From the NCBI GenBank assembly GCA_944381105.1, contig CALWJU010000023.1, positions 1-63,477 of the forward strand: a stretch of DNA of 63,477 nucleotides. The letters are read 5' to 3'. Shown piece by piece: positions 8,994 to 17,352 of the stretch. How positions within the stretch are numbered: the stretch's first letter is position 1; every line of letters starts with the position of its first letter. The translations under genes were made by a program, and so were the position numbers. The notes under the pieces were generated by a model. That model was not told the DNA's origin. It did not search any database and worked only from the letters and a program-made list of their open reading frames with translations. The DNA is from an uncultured Clostridia bacterium (GTDB taxonomy: Bacteria; Bacillota; Clostridia; Christensenellales; UBA1242).

Positions 8994-10739
8994 ATGAAAA
9001 AGAAATTTACTGGAATTTTACTAAGTTTTTGTTTACTTTGCATGGGCTTGCTTGCAGGGTGTTCTTTGGTTGAAACAGATTATGATAGATATTACAATCA
9101 AGTAGTTGCCGTTGTTGAAAATAAAGAAACAGGTAGACGTGAAGAGATAACAAAATTAGACCTTGTTTCTGGCTATTCAAGTTATGGATATACCTATGAG
9201 CAGTATTATGGCTATTCGAGAGAGGAAGCAGTAGAAATGACGCTTGAACTGCTTGAAAATAGGTTGATTACCATAATCACAGCCGAGGATGAATATGGCT
9301 ATGATAGAGATGGAACAGGATTAAGCGACCTAGAAAAGACATACCTATGGCAACAAGTTGTAGACTCGCTCAATGAAAATTTAAACTCTTACTACGATAG
9401 CATTGTAGGAAGTGATGATGAAGAAGAAACAGACGAGGTTACCTTTGGGGGATATGATAAGACTGCAAAACTAGTTGTAGGTTATGATGAAAAGGGAGAA
9501 ATCTACTATACAATTGAAAGTTTGGCAGAAAATGAGCATCCTCTTGATAATTTCAGACCAACAGTAAATAGAGACTTTAATGATAGCGAAGATAGGGCTT
9601 TAATATTTGAAAGTTTTAGAGATAATGTGATTGAATCTGATAGTGATTATAAACGAGCCTATCAAAATTATTTAAATGACCTCATTTCAAGCGAAAGAGG
9701 ACAAAATTTGTCTGAGGACGCACCATCTGTTTTTGAAAGAGAGATTGAGAGGTTATATGATACAGCATATGAAAATTATCTGCTTGAACTTTATTCATAT
9801 AACAATCGTCCACAATCAAATTCGACATCAATTACAGCATCTCAAATAGTCAATCTTTATGTTAATAAGGTAAGATCAGATTATCTACAATACAATATAG
9901 AAAATGACAGCGGATATGATGATGATGTTCAAGATAGTTTAAATGATATGTACTATTTTAACACTACAAAAGAGGGTGCTACTCAATTTTTCACTGTTGC
10001 AAATGTACTTTTCATGTTTACCGACGAGCAACAAGATGAATATGACCGACTGACAGAAAAGTATGAAAATAACGACGGTGGCTATACAAGAGTTGAATAT
10101 GAAAAAGACCTTGATGCTCTATATTCACAAATCACTCCTGTTGTGCGAAAGTACAATGCTCAAACGGACGCATATGAGGAGATTGAATCGACTTTGACAG
10201 TAGATGACGTTTATGATATTATGTCTCAAAAACTTGACTCTGCTAAAAAAGAGGGTAATGTAAATAAAATAGGCGATACTATAAACGAATTTATTTACAC
10301 ATATGGCGAAGATACAGGTATGTTTAATGCAGAGTCAAACTATGTAATCGGTGTAGACTCAAATGGTGAGGCTGTTTCGAGTTTTGTAGACTCTTTCAAT
10401 GAGGCAGGTCTTGAACTTTACAACAATAACGCAGAGATAGGAGATATGTCGGCTATTGTTAGGTCGGAGTATGGCTTGCATGTATTAATATATACAGGAA
10501 AATGTGAAAACCTCTTTGGCGATGGCATAACTCTTAATTTCACACTTGATGAAAGTGCTGTTGAAAAATTAAATGATACAAGGGTAAATTTGCTTGTTGA
10601 CCAAACTTATTTTGATGTTCTTTATGATGAACTTTATACCGACAACTTTTCAAATTATGAAAATATGAATATTGAGACTTTGCGTGAAAATTATACAATT
10701 ACAGTTTACTCAGGCAGATATTCAGACTTAATTGGATAA
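8994..10739 (+). CDS. acidic lipoprotein with a C-terminal parvulin (PpiC)-like domain (PrsA/SurA-like foldase candidate)
   Basis: Lipobox LLAGC and a GGAGAG SD. The C-terminal ...FVDSFNEAGLEL...GDMSAIVRSEYGLHVLIY resembles the parvulin signature. A position after mfd is typical for prsA-like genes in Bacillota. Confidence 0.5.
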   Translation: MKKKFTGILLSFCLLCMGLLAGCSLVETDYDRYYNQVVAVVENKETGRREEITKLDLVSGYSSYGYTYEQYYGYSREEAVEMTLELLENRLITIITAEDEYGYDRDGTGLSDLEKTYLWQQVVDSLNENLNSYYDSIVGSDDEEETDEVTFGGYDKTAKLVVGYDEKGEIYYTIESLAENEHPLDNFRPTVNRDFNDSEDRALIFESFRDNVIESDSDYKRAYQNYLNDLISSERGQNLSEDAPSVFEREIERLYDTAYENYLLELYSYNNRPQSNSTSITASQIVNLYVNKVRSDYLQYNIENDSGYDDDVQDSLNDMYYFNTTKEGATQFFTVANVLFMFTDEQQDEYDRLTEKYENNDGGYTRVEYEKDLDALYSQITPVVRKYNAQTDAYEEIESTLTVDDVYDIMSQKLDSAKKEGNVNKIGDTINEFIYTYGEDTGMFNAESNYVIGVDSNGEAVSSFVDSFNEAGLELYNNNAEIGDMSAIVRSEYGLHVLIYTGKCENLFGDGITLNFTLDESAVEKLNDTRVNLLVDQTYFDVLYDELYTDNFSNYENMNIETLRENYTITVYSGRYSDLIG

Positions 10740-10820
10740 AATCAAATTAAAGATGCTTTTGAAATCGGACATAAATGGTATGTTTAAAATTTGTAATTGC
10801 GATAACTTAAAAATTATTTT

Positions 10821-10858
10821 AAAAAAGGTGTCTTTGCTTGACAAGGTACACCTTTTTT
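10821..10858 (+). terminator. intrinsic terminator overlapping the next promoter
   Basis: Hairpin AAGGTGT...ACACCTT followed by a T6 run. Confidence 0.6.
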
Positions 10859-10866
10859 GATACTAT
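10838..10866 (+). promoter_or_regulatory. sigma-70-type promoter TTGACA-17-TACTAT, with the -10 ending 6 nt before ATG 10873 (leaderless candidate)
   Basis: TTGACA at 10838-10843, a 17-nt spacer, and TACTAT at 10861-10866. There is no SD between the -10 and the ATG. Confidence 0.5.
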
Positions 10867-10872
10867 ATATAC

Positions 10873-12423
10873 ATGAGACAAAAAACAGGACAAAAAGATT
10901 TATCTAAAAAGATTTCTCAGCAGGAGAAAGACTTTTTTGTCCAAACAAATATAGATGATTTAGTAAATCAAAATATAGAAAAATCAGAAGAAGAAAAATT
11001 AGAGGATACTCTAATAAACGAGATAAAAGAAGAAAATAAATTTGAGGATGTCATTCAAGAAAACTCTGATGAAAAAGTGGTGGATGATAATATAAAAGAG
11101 TTAGAAGATGAAGAATTAGAAAAGACAAGAGAAAAACTTGTAAATATTGAGAATAAAATAAACGAAGAAATTGAGCGGACAAACAAAAAAGAAATTGAAG
11201 AAAATAAATTAACCGAAGAGGAAAAGAATAATCTCGACCAAAGGAAAAAGATAGACGAGGTAGAACAGTCTGTTTCAAAACAAAGTAGCAAAAAAAGTAA
11301 AATCATAAATATAGTATTTTTTATCATCAATATCTTTGTAGTAGCAGGCATACTTATCTATCAATTTTTACATGAGGATATGCCAGAAGGTGGACTTAAT
11401 ATCGATATTACCTATCTTCTTGTATGTATTTTAATATTTGGTCTTGTTTTAGTATTCGATACACTCTCGATAAGTTATCTGTTGAAAGTCTCGTGTGGAA
11501 AATGGAATTTCGGATTAGGATATAAGGTCGCAGAGATTGGCAGATACTATGATAATGTAACGCCTATGGCAACAGGCGGTCAGCCATTTCAAATATCATA
11601 TTTAAAAAAGAGGGGAACACCTCTTCATACATCCCTTTCAATTCCACTTGCAAAGTATGAATTTCAACAGATGGCTTGGGTAGTATTAAGTTTAATTTGC
11701 CTTATAATATCCTTTACATCAAAGGGGTATGGTACGTTTGTAGGTGTTACAAGTATACTAGGCTTTGTATTCAGTTCAATAGTACTTTTCATCACGGTAT
11801 TTTTGTCAGTCTGCAAAACAATAGGTCGTAAACTTGTTGTCAAAGTTTTAAAATTATTATATAAAATGAAGATTATAAAAAACTATGACAAACAGTACGA
11901 AAAAATAACAAAATATATAAGTGATTTCCAAGATGTTATGAAACAATATGCAAAATCTCCCAAAGATTTTATTGCTATGTTTTTAATTTCATCTGCAAAA
12001 CTAATTGTAAATTACTCAATTCCTTTCTTTATTGTAAAAATATTTATTCCTACTTTACCAGGTAGTGAATATATAACTCTTTTTGTCATGTCTCTTCTCG
12101 TTGACCTTGCATCATCATTCTTCCCTCTTCCTGGTGGTACGGGGATGAATGAAATAAGTTTTACTGCTGCCTTTGGTACTGTTATACAAAATAGTGGAGT
12201 TCTTGTTTGGGTGCTTCTCGTTTGGAGATTATTCTCATATTATATTTATCTATTACAAGGTATGTTAATTCTCTCATACGATATGGCTTATGGGAATAGA
12301 AAATATCGTTGGCAAGTTAAGAAAAATGAACTTGTGGCAGAAAGTTCTATATTTAAACAAAATCAAATTGATAGATTTAGAGCAGATAGGGCAAAGCGTC
12401 GCAAAAAGCGGACATATAGATAA
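10873..12423 (+). CDS. membrane protein with an acidic coiled-coil N-terminus plus a UPF0104/flippase-like (LPG-synthase-TM family) domain
   Basis: The E/K-rich region of about 140 aa is followed by multiple TM helices. The motif GRYYDNVTPMATGGQPFQISYLKKRG is typical of the YbhN/UPF0104 family. Confidence 0.6.
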   Translation: MRQKTGQKDLSKKISQQEKDFFVQTNIDDLVNQNIEKSEEEKLEDTLINEIKEENKFEDVIQENSDEKVVDDNIKELEDEELEKTREKLVNIENKINEEIERTNKKEIEENKLTEEEKNNLDQRKKIDEVEQSVSKQSSKKSKIINIVFFIINIFVVAGILIYQFLHEDMPEGGLNIDITYLLVCILIFGLVLVFDTLSISYLLKVSCGKWNFGLGYKVAEIGRYYDNVTPMATGGQPFQISYLKKRGTPLHTSLSIPLAKYEFQQMAWVVLSLICLIISFTSKGYGTFVGVTSILGFVFSSIVLFITVFLSVCKTIGRKLVVKVLKLLYKMKIIKNYDKQYEKITKYISDFQDVMKQYAKSPKDFIAMFLISSAKLIVNYSIPFFIVKIFIPTLPGSEYITLFVMSLLVDLASSFFPLPGGTGMNEISFTAAFGTVIQNSGVLVWVLLVWRLFSYYIYLLQGMLILSYDMAYGNRKYRWQVKKNELVAESSIFKQNQIDRFRADRAKRRKKRTYR

Positions 12424-12514
12424 AAAATAAACACTACGATGCTTATATTAATTTTTAAGTAGCCTTTAAACTATTTTCAAGAATATTTACAAAGTTTTTA
12501 TACAAAATAATATT

Positions 12515-13069
12515 ATGAAATTTAGTAAAGAAAATTTTGGATGGATATTTTTATCGTTTGCTTTGTTAATATTGCTTGCAATATCTATATATTTAGGTGT
12601 AAGCGGTTGGTTTTTTAAGACTGACGTGTCTTATACTACTGATTTGACGCTTGGAAGAACGGTATCTACAAATATAAGCAAAAACCAAGCAAGCACGATA
12701 TCTCTAACCTTTGATGGTTCATATCTGCCAGGCGAACGTCTCTCTCAAATTATTAGTGTAACTAATATAGATGAGGAAAGTGATATTTATCTTCGTGCAA
12801 AGGTGTATGTTTTATCTGGAAGTGGCGAAAATATAAGCATGGATATAGTGTCTACAGCAAACTGGACTTATAATCAAAGTGATGGATATTTTTATTATAA
12901 TGACCTATTGCTATTGCAAAGCAAAGCGACTTTATGCTCACATGTTATAGTGCCAAATGAAAATTTGCAAGGCGACCATAAGTATATACTAAATGTAGTT
13001 TTTGAATCTCTATCAAGCGAGCAAGATGTTCAATCTCTTTGGGGAATAAATCCTATTGAAAATATTTGA
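12515..13069 (+). CDS. hypothetical exported or membrane-anchored protein (weak resemblance to TasA/camelysin-type secreted proteins)
   Basis: N-terminal signal-anchor WIFLSFALLILLAISIYL followed by a beta-rich body (ISVTNIDEESDIYLRAKVYV). I see no diagnostic motif. Confidence 0.35.
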   Translation: MKFSKENFGWIFLSFALLILLAISIYLGVSGWFFKTDVSYTTDLTLGRTVSTNISKNQASTISLTFDGSYLPGERLSQIISVTNIDEESDIYLRAKVYVLSGSGENISMDIVSTANWTYNQSDGYFYYNDLLLLQSKATLCSHVIVPNENLQGDHKYILNVVFESLSSEQDVQSLWGINPIENI

Positions 13070-13117
13070 CAGATTTAGTTAAAATGTTTTATTATTGATA
13101 TAACAAAGGAGAAAATA

Positions 13118-13402
13118 ATGGAATCAATCAAACGTCCAATTCCGCCAAAACCACCTATAAAAAGTGAAAGTTTGCCACCAAAGAAGCCTGTCATAAAGAA
13201 AGAAAACAATGATGTGCAACCTCGGAATATCCAAATCGAGCAAAAAGTGGAGACAAAGCAGAGGAATGATGGACAGGTTAAACCTATAATAAAGGTTATT
13301 GACCCTGTCAAACGGGACAAGAACAGAAAAATATGGCTTTCTATTCTCATAACTTTATGTCTAATTGGTGCAATTGTGTGTTTTGTAATGCTTTTTATCT
13401 AA
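13118..13402 (+). CDS. small Pro/Lys-rich tail-anchored membrane protein, hypothetical
   Basis: AAAGGAGAAAATA-ATG SD and a C-terminal TM (WLSILITLCLIGAIVCFVMLFI). I prefer it over the overlapping antisense ORF 13075-13350. Confidence 0.45.
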   Translation: MESIKRPIPPKPPIKSESLPPKKPVIKKENNDVQPRNIQIEQKVETKQRNDGQVKPIIKVIDPVKRDKNRKIWLSILITLCLIGAIVCFVMLFI

Positions 13403-13466
13403 ATTTTTGACAACAATCTACATAAAATAAAGAGTTATATAATTAAAATAAGTCAATCATTACGAT

Positions 13467-13904
13467 ATGAAAAAAATAATGATTGGCTTTTTTGTTTTTG
13501 TTATTTTAGCTTTTTCCTTGCAGTTTGTAAAAGTTAATGAATTTGATTTTTTAGATGGTTATAATAAAATTTTAATTGTAACCGAGGATGAACTGCAAAA
13601 TCAAAGACTCCTTGCACAGAATGGAAATAATTATTACTATGAAATAAATGACATTGACAGTTTAAAGGAATACGATTACATAGGAGTTAACTTTTATTTT
13701 GATAAAACAAATTTATCCAAGTTGCTGGCTAGTTTTTCTAACATATATAGGGGCAAAGTTGTGGGTACGTACGATATTTATTATGGTTACAGTGTAAATT
13801 TTAAGGATAGCGTGAAGGTTGATGGTAAGAAAGTTAATGTACAAATTGTGCGTACTGAAAATGAAATAATAGTGGGATTTCCCTTAATTTTAACTGGCTA
13901 CTAA
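13467..13904 (+). CDS. hypothetical secreted protein
   Basis: N-terminal signal-like segment IMIGFFVFVILAFSLQF. No SD is recognisable. Confidence 0.35.
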   Translation: MKKIMIGFFVFVILAFSLQFVKVNEFDFLDGYNKILIVTEDELQNQRLLAQNGNNYYYEINDIDSLKEYDYIGVNFYFDKTNLSKLLASFSNIYRGKVVGTYDIYYGYSVNFKDSVKVDGKKVNVQIVRTENEIIVGFPLILTGY

Positions 13905-13977
13905 ATGAATTATTAAACAAAATAAAAATTATGTATAAACACATTTTTTTAGGCAATAAATGTTTCAGGAGGTAGTT

Positions 13978-14541
13978 ATGGAAATAAAAAAAGAAAATAA
14001 GGTAGTTGATTTTCTCAAAAGGTATGGAGTCTATGTGGTTGTAGGCGTGGTAGTATTTGCAGTTGCTTTAACTTTTACGTTGCTTGCCACACTTAACAGT
14101 TCTGTGCAAACAGGTGTTGATAATGCAAATTTTGTTATGCCAATGACTGATGCATCTATTGTGAAAGATTATTCTGACACAAATCTCCAATACAATGAGA
14201 CACTAAATCAATGGGAGGCACATATGTCTGTCGACCTTACATCTGAGAGTAGTGATGTCTTTGCAGTTCTTGGTGGAACTGTTACATCAGTTGACTATCA
14301 GTATCTCGATGGATACATTGTAACAATCGACCATGGTAATGGCTTTGTTTCAATCTATTCTTCACTTGCCGAGAATGTAGATGTAGAGGAAAATGACAGG
14401 GTCAGTGCTGGGCAAAAGATAGGTTCAGCAAGCGAAAGTGCATCTGGCGAACTTGAACAAGGTGCTCATCTTCATTTCACCTTAATGTTAAATGATGAAT
14501 ATGTTGACCCAAATGACTATTTAAACCTTCAATTAAAATAA
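13978..14541 (+). CDS. membrane-anchored M23/LytM-domain peptidase (SpoIIQ-like topology)
   Basis: Start at ATG 13978 after an AGGAGG SD, with an N-terminal TM. LytM motifs HGNGFVSIYSSL, GQKIG and GAHLHF are present. Confidence 0.75.
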   Translation: MEIKKENKVVDFLKRYGVYVVVGVVVFAVALTFTLLATLNSSVQTGVDNANFVMPMTDASIVKDYSDTNLQYNETLNQWEAHMSVDLTSESSDVFAVLGGTVTSVDYQYLDGYIVTIDHGNGFVSIYSSLAENVDVEENDRVSAGQKIGSASESASGELEQGAHLHFTLMLNDEYVDPNDYLNLQLK

Positions 14542-14589
14542 TCAATATCCTCAAAAAATACAATAATTGCAAAAATTATTGTATTTTTA

Positions 14590-14618
14590 TTTACATATTT
14601 TTTCATATATGTTATAAT
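14590..14618 (+). promoter_or_regulatory. acpP promoter TTTACA-17-(TGt)TATAAT
   Basis: Hexamers at 14590-14595 and 14613-14618 with an extended -10 TG. A GGAGG SD follows. Confidence 0.5.
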
Positions 14619-14637
14619 ACCAATGATGGAGGTTTTT

Positions 14638-14874
14638 ATGGATACTTTAAATAAAGTTAAAGAAATAATAGCAGAACAACTTTGTATATCTACTGACGAT
14701 ATCCCAGACAATGCTAATATTGTAGAAGATTTAGGTGCTGACTCTCTTGACATTGTTGAACTTCTTATGACTTTCGAAGAGAATTTCAATGTTAAAATTC
14801 CAGACGAAAAACTAGAAGAACTTAAATCTTTACCACAGATCGTAAAAGTAATTGATGAATATACAAAGAAATAA
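14638..14874 (+). CDS. acpP: acyl carrier protein
   Basis: 78 aa starting at MDTLNKVKEII after a GGAGG SD. The phosphopantetheine site is LGADSLDIVEL. Confidence 0.9.
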   Translation: MDTLNKVKEIIAEQLCISTDDIPDNANIVEDLGADSLDIVELLMTFEENFNVKIPDEKLEELKSLPQIVKVIDEYTKK

Positions 14875-14892
14875 TAGGTGTTTTAATATTTG

Positions 14893-14917
14893 ATAGGCAT
14901 GCAAGTGCCTATTTTTT
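14893..14917 (+). terminator. acpP intrinsic terminator
   Basis: ATAGGCA-TGCAAG-TGCCTAT followed by T6. Confidence 0.7.
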
Positions 14918-14920
14918 GTC

Positions 14921-15116
14921 AGAGAAAACCCTGGGATAATGGGTTCAAAAGAGGTTATACCTTTGATTAAAAATACCTCCTATGATATAATATTTTTGTA
15001 GTTCACGCAAAATATTATCATAGGAGGTTGTTGTCATGCATGACACTAATAGTTTAGCACATACGATCTTGTGCTCCATTTTTGGCATGCCTAAGAACAA
15101 TCAAGTTTGGTGGTAG
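14921..15116 (+). mobile_element. IS200-type left-end remnant with truncated tnpA (pseudogene)
   Basis: A hairpin AACCC...GGGTT is followed by a roughly 20-bp stem, ACCTCCTATGATA(T)AATATTTT (14975-14996) / AAAATATTATCATAGGAGGT (15009-15028), that sequesters a GGAGG SD. A 26-codon ORF at 15036-15116 (MHDTNSLAHTILCSIFGMPKNNQVWW) carries the N-terminal SLAHT signature of IS200/IS605 Y1 transposases and then degenerates. Confidence 0.5.
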
Positions 15117-15183
15117 CCAAAATTCTACAAATTATGACATAAAATTTAATTTTATGACATAGTGTATAGAGTGGAGGCTTGCA

Positions 15184-15450
15184 ATGAAAGAAGATTTAGA
15201 AGAGCGAATAAGAAGTGTGGCTAATCACATATTAAAAACGCACGATACCATCCGCAAAACTGCCAATATTTTTGGTTATAGTAAAAGTACAGTGCATTTT
15301 GACGTTTCAACTCGTCTCAAAAAACTAGATAGCAATCTCTATGAACAAACTAGAAAGGTGCTAGAAGAGAACTTCGCAGAAAAACACATAAGAGGAGGGC
15401 AGGCGACTAAGAAAAAATATCAAGAGCGTTATGAAGAAGAAAGAGAGTAA
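15184..15450 (+). CDS. spoIIID: sporulation transcriptional regulator SpoIIID
   Basis: 88 aa, with an HTH (ANIFGYSKSTVHFDVSTRL) and a basic C-terminal tail (HIRGGQATKKKY) matching SpoIIID. GGAGG SD. Confidence 0.85.
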   Translation: MKEDLEERIRSVANHILKTHDTIRKTANIFGYSKSTVHFDVSTRLKKLDSNLYEQTRKVLEENFAEKHIRGGQATKKKYQERYEEERE

Positions 15451-15492
15451 CACTAGTGTCATGAAGATAAAATACTAGCATACAAAAAATAC

Positions 15493-15575
15493 ACTGTGTG
15501 ATCTTAAAATTTAACCAAGTTAAATTTTAAATTTTGCATACGCAAAAAGCACAATAAATTGTGCTATCACACAGT
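15493..15575 (-). repeat. Diverged beta-type cloverleaf repeat core (unit D)
   Basis: Closing stem ACTGTGTGAT / ATCACACAGT encloses TTAAAATTTAA-CCAAG-TTAAATTTTAA, TTTTGC-ATAC-GCAAAA and AGCACAAT-AA-ATTGTGCT. The order matches the reverse complement of the beta cassette, and paired substitutions preserve the stems. Confidence 0.7.
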
Positions 15576-15611
15576 TAGGTAAGCACCTACTCATGCAAAT
15601 TTGCTTTTGAT

Positions 15612-15660
15612 AAAAACACGGCAATAAACTTGCTTGATAGCGGTAATTGCTGTGTTTTTT
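15612..15660 (+). terminator. terminator between convergent spoIIID and fba
   Basis: AAAAACACGGCAAT...ATTGCTGTGTTTTT. The single G-T wobble is tolerated only on the plus strand. Confidence 0.55.
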
Positions 15661-15663
15661 ATT

Positions 15664-16575
15664 CTAAATTTGATTGTTTGAAAAGAAGATATTGTCAATC
15701 TTATCAATGATGACTTGCTTAATTTGTTCTCTCCCACTTCCAAGATATTTTCTTGGGTCAAATTCGCTAGGATTTTCGGCTAGTAACTGTCGAACCTGTC
15801 CGGTCATTGCCATTCTTATGTCGGTATCTGTGTTTATTTTTATTATGTTATGCTCCTTAATTGCTTTGACAAGCAAATCTTTCGGTATACCATTTGCCTT
15901 GTTTACGTTGCCACCATATATATTAATTTTGTTGGTTAAAGATTGTTCGACAGTGGATGCTCCGTGAAGGACAAGTGGGAAACTAGGCAAAAGTCTTTCA
16001 ATATCTTCAAGGATATCAAAACGTAACGTTTTCTCACCAGAGTACTTGTATGCACCATGACTTGTGCCTATGGCAATTGCCAAAGTATCAACATTGGTTT
16101 TATCAACAAATTCTTTTGCTTTAAGTGGGTTGGTGTAGTGTTGAAAATTATTTGATACACTATCTTCAACGCCTTTAATTTGTCCAAGTTCTCCTTCTAC
16201 AAGAACGTTTTTGCTGTGAGCATACTGGCAAACTCGTCTGGTAACTGCGACATTTTCATCGAAAGAGAGAGCACTTCCATCAATCATAACACTATCAAAC
16301 CCTTTGTCAACTGCCATTTTGCATACCTCAAAACTTTTTCCATGGTCAAGATGAAGAAAAATGTGAGGATAAATTTTCTTTCCAGCCTCAAAAAGATAGG
16401 TTGTAAATTCTCCCATATAGCATAAAGCACCTTCACTAACTGAAACAATCATAGGCGACAACCTTTCCTTTGACGCCTCAATAATTCCTTGCAAACTTTC
16501 CATATTGCAAAAATTTATTGCACCAAGAGCAAAGTGATTTTTTAAAGCCTTTTGAATATAATCTTTTAATTGCAT
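15664..16575 (-). CDS. fba: class II fructose-1,6-bisphosphate aldolase
   Basis: 303 aa with motifs HLDHG, GTSHGAYK and VLHGAS. Confidence 0.85.
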   Translation of the reverse strand: MQLKDYIQKALKNHFALGAINFCNMESLQGIIEASKERLSPMIVSVSEGALCYMGEFTTYLFEAGKKIYPHIFLHLDHGKSFEVCKMAVDKGFDSVMIDGSALSFDENVAVTRRVCQYAHSKNVLVEGELGQIKGVEDSVSNNFQHYTNPLKAKEFVDKTNVDTLAIAIGTSHGAYKYSGEKTLRFDILEDIERLLPSFPLVLHGASTVEQSLTNKINIYGGNVNKANGIPKDLLVKAIKEHNIIKINTDTDIRMAMTGQVRQLLAENPSEFDPRKYLGSGREQIKQVIIDKIDNIFFSNNQI

Positions 16576-16647
16576 ATTTTTCTCTCCAATTCATTTTAAC
16601 ACATTTTTTTGTTATTACAAACATATTTATATTGAAAAGAGGTGGAT

Positions 16648-17304
16648 ATGAAAAGAAATTTTAGTTTTGCAGTCTTAGGATTGTTTTTGATTGGATTTTC
16701 ATTTGTTTTAGCCAGTTGTGGTGAGGATAGTTCGCCTCAAAATAACATTAGCGAAATAACAAAGATTTATTATAAAGGCGGAGGCAATGGTGTGGAAGGC
16801 TCAATAAGTGTGGGACAGAGAGAAGAGCCATACAAAATGGATGGTATTCATAATGATTTGTGCGATTTTTCTCTTGTGGTGGTACAATTTGATGAGCAGT
16901 TTGAGGAAAATGAAATTGAGGTAAATTTATCTATAAACGGAAATTTGCAGACACTAACAATGTATTTTAATCCTCTTTCAAATTCATATATGGCAGACTT
17001 GGGCTATCTAATAGGCAGTAACGACCAAATAAACCTTTCGTATAACACATATTCACTAGATTTTTTTAATGTCAGTGATAGTTTTTCGGTATCGTATAGC
17101 GAGGCAGTTGATATAGCACTTGACAATCTTGACATGCAAGAATACTATCAAGATGGTGTTTTTAAAGGAGAATGTTATTTAAAAATATTGAGCGAAAAGG
17201 ATAGCGACCTTGAAGATTTATTTTGGATTTTTAGCGTAGTAGGTGAAAACGGCAATGTAAAAAACATTGTGATAAATGTAGAAAATGGCGAAATTTTATC
17301 ATAA
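16648..17304 (+). CDS. lipoprotein with a C-terminal PepSY-like domain
   Basis: ATG 16648 follows an AAGAGGTGG SD. Lipobox VLASC. The C-terminus (YSEAVDIAL...VINVENGEIL) resembles PepSY. Confidence 0.5.
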   Translation: MKRNFSFAVLGLFLIGFSFVLASCGEDSSPQNNISEITKIYYKGGGNGVEGSISVGQREEPYKMDGIHNDLCDFSLVVVQFDEQFEENEIEVNLSINGNLQTLTMYFNPLSNSYMADLGYLIGSNDQINLSYNTYSLDFFNVSDSFSVSYSEAVDIALDNLDMQEYYQDGVFKGECYLKILSEKDSDLEDLFWIFSVVGENGNVKNIVINVENGEILS

Positions 17305-17317
17305 TACTTTCTTTTGA

Positions 17318-17346
17318 TTGCAAAGAAGATGATTTTTTGCTATAAT
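17318..17346 (+). promoter_or_regulatory. promoter TTGCAA-17-(TGc)TATAAT ending 6 nt before ATG 17353 (leaderless candidate for hflX)
   Basis: Hexamers at 17318-17323 and 17341-17346, with no SD. The ORF-track TTG start at 17314 lies inside the promoter. Confidence 0.5.
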
Positions 17347-17352
17347 AAAATT

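Noticed and set aside
15111-15118. TGGTAGCC at the end of the IS200-remnant ORF matches the tRNA-Glu 3'-end repeat core.
   Set aside because: It is only an 8-nt match with no extended similarity, so it is most likely coincidence.
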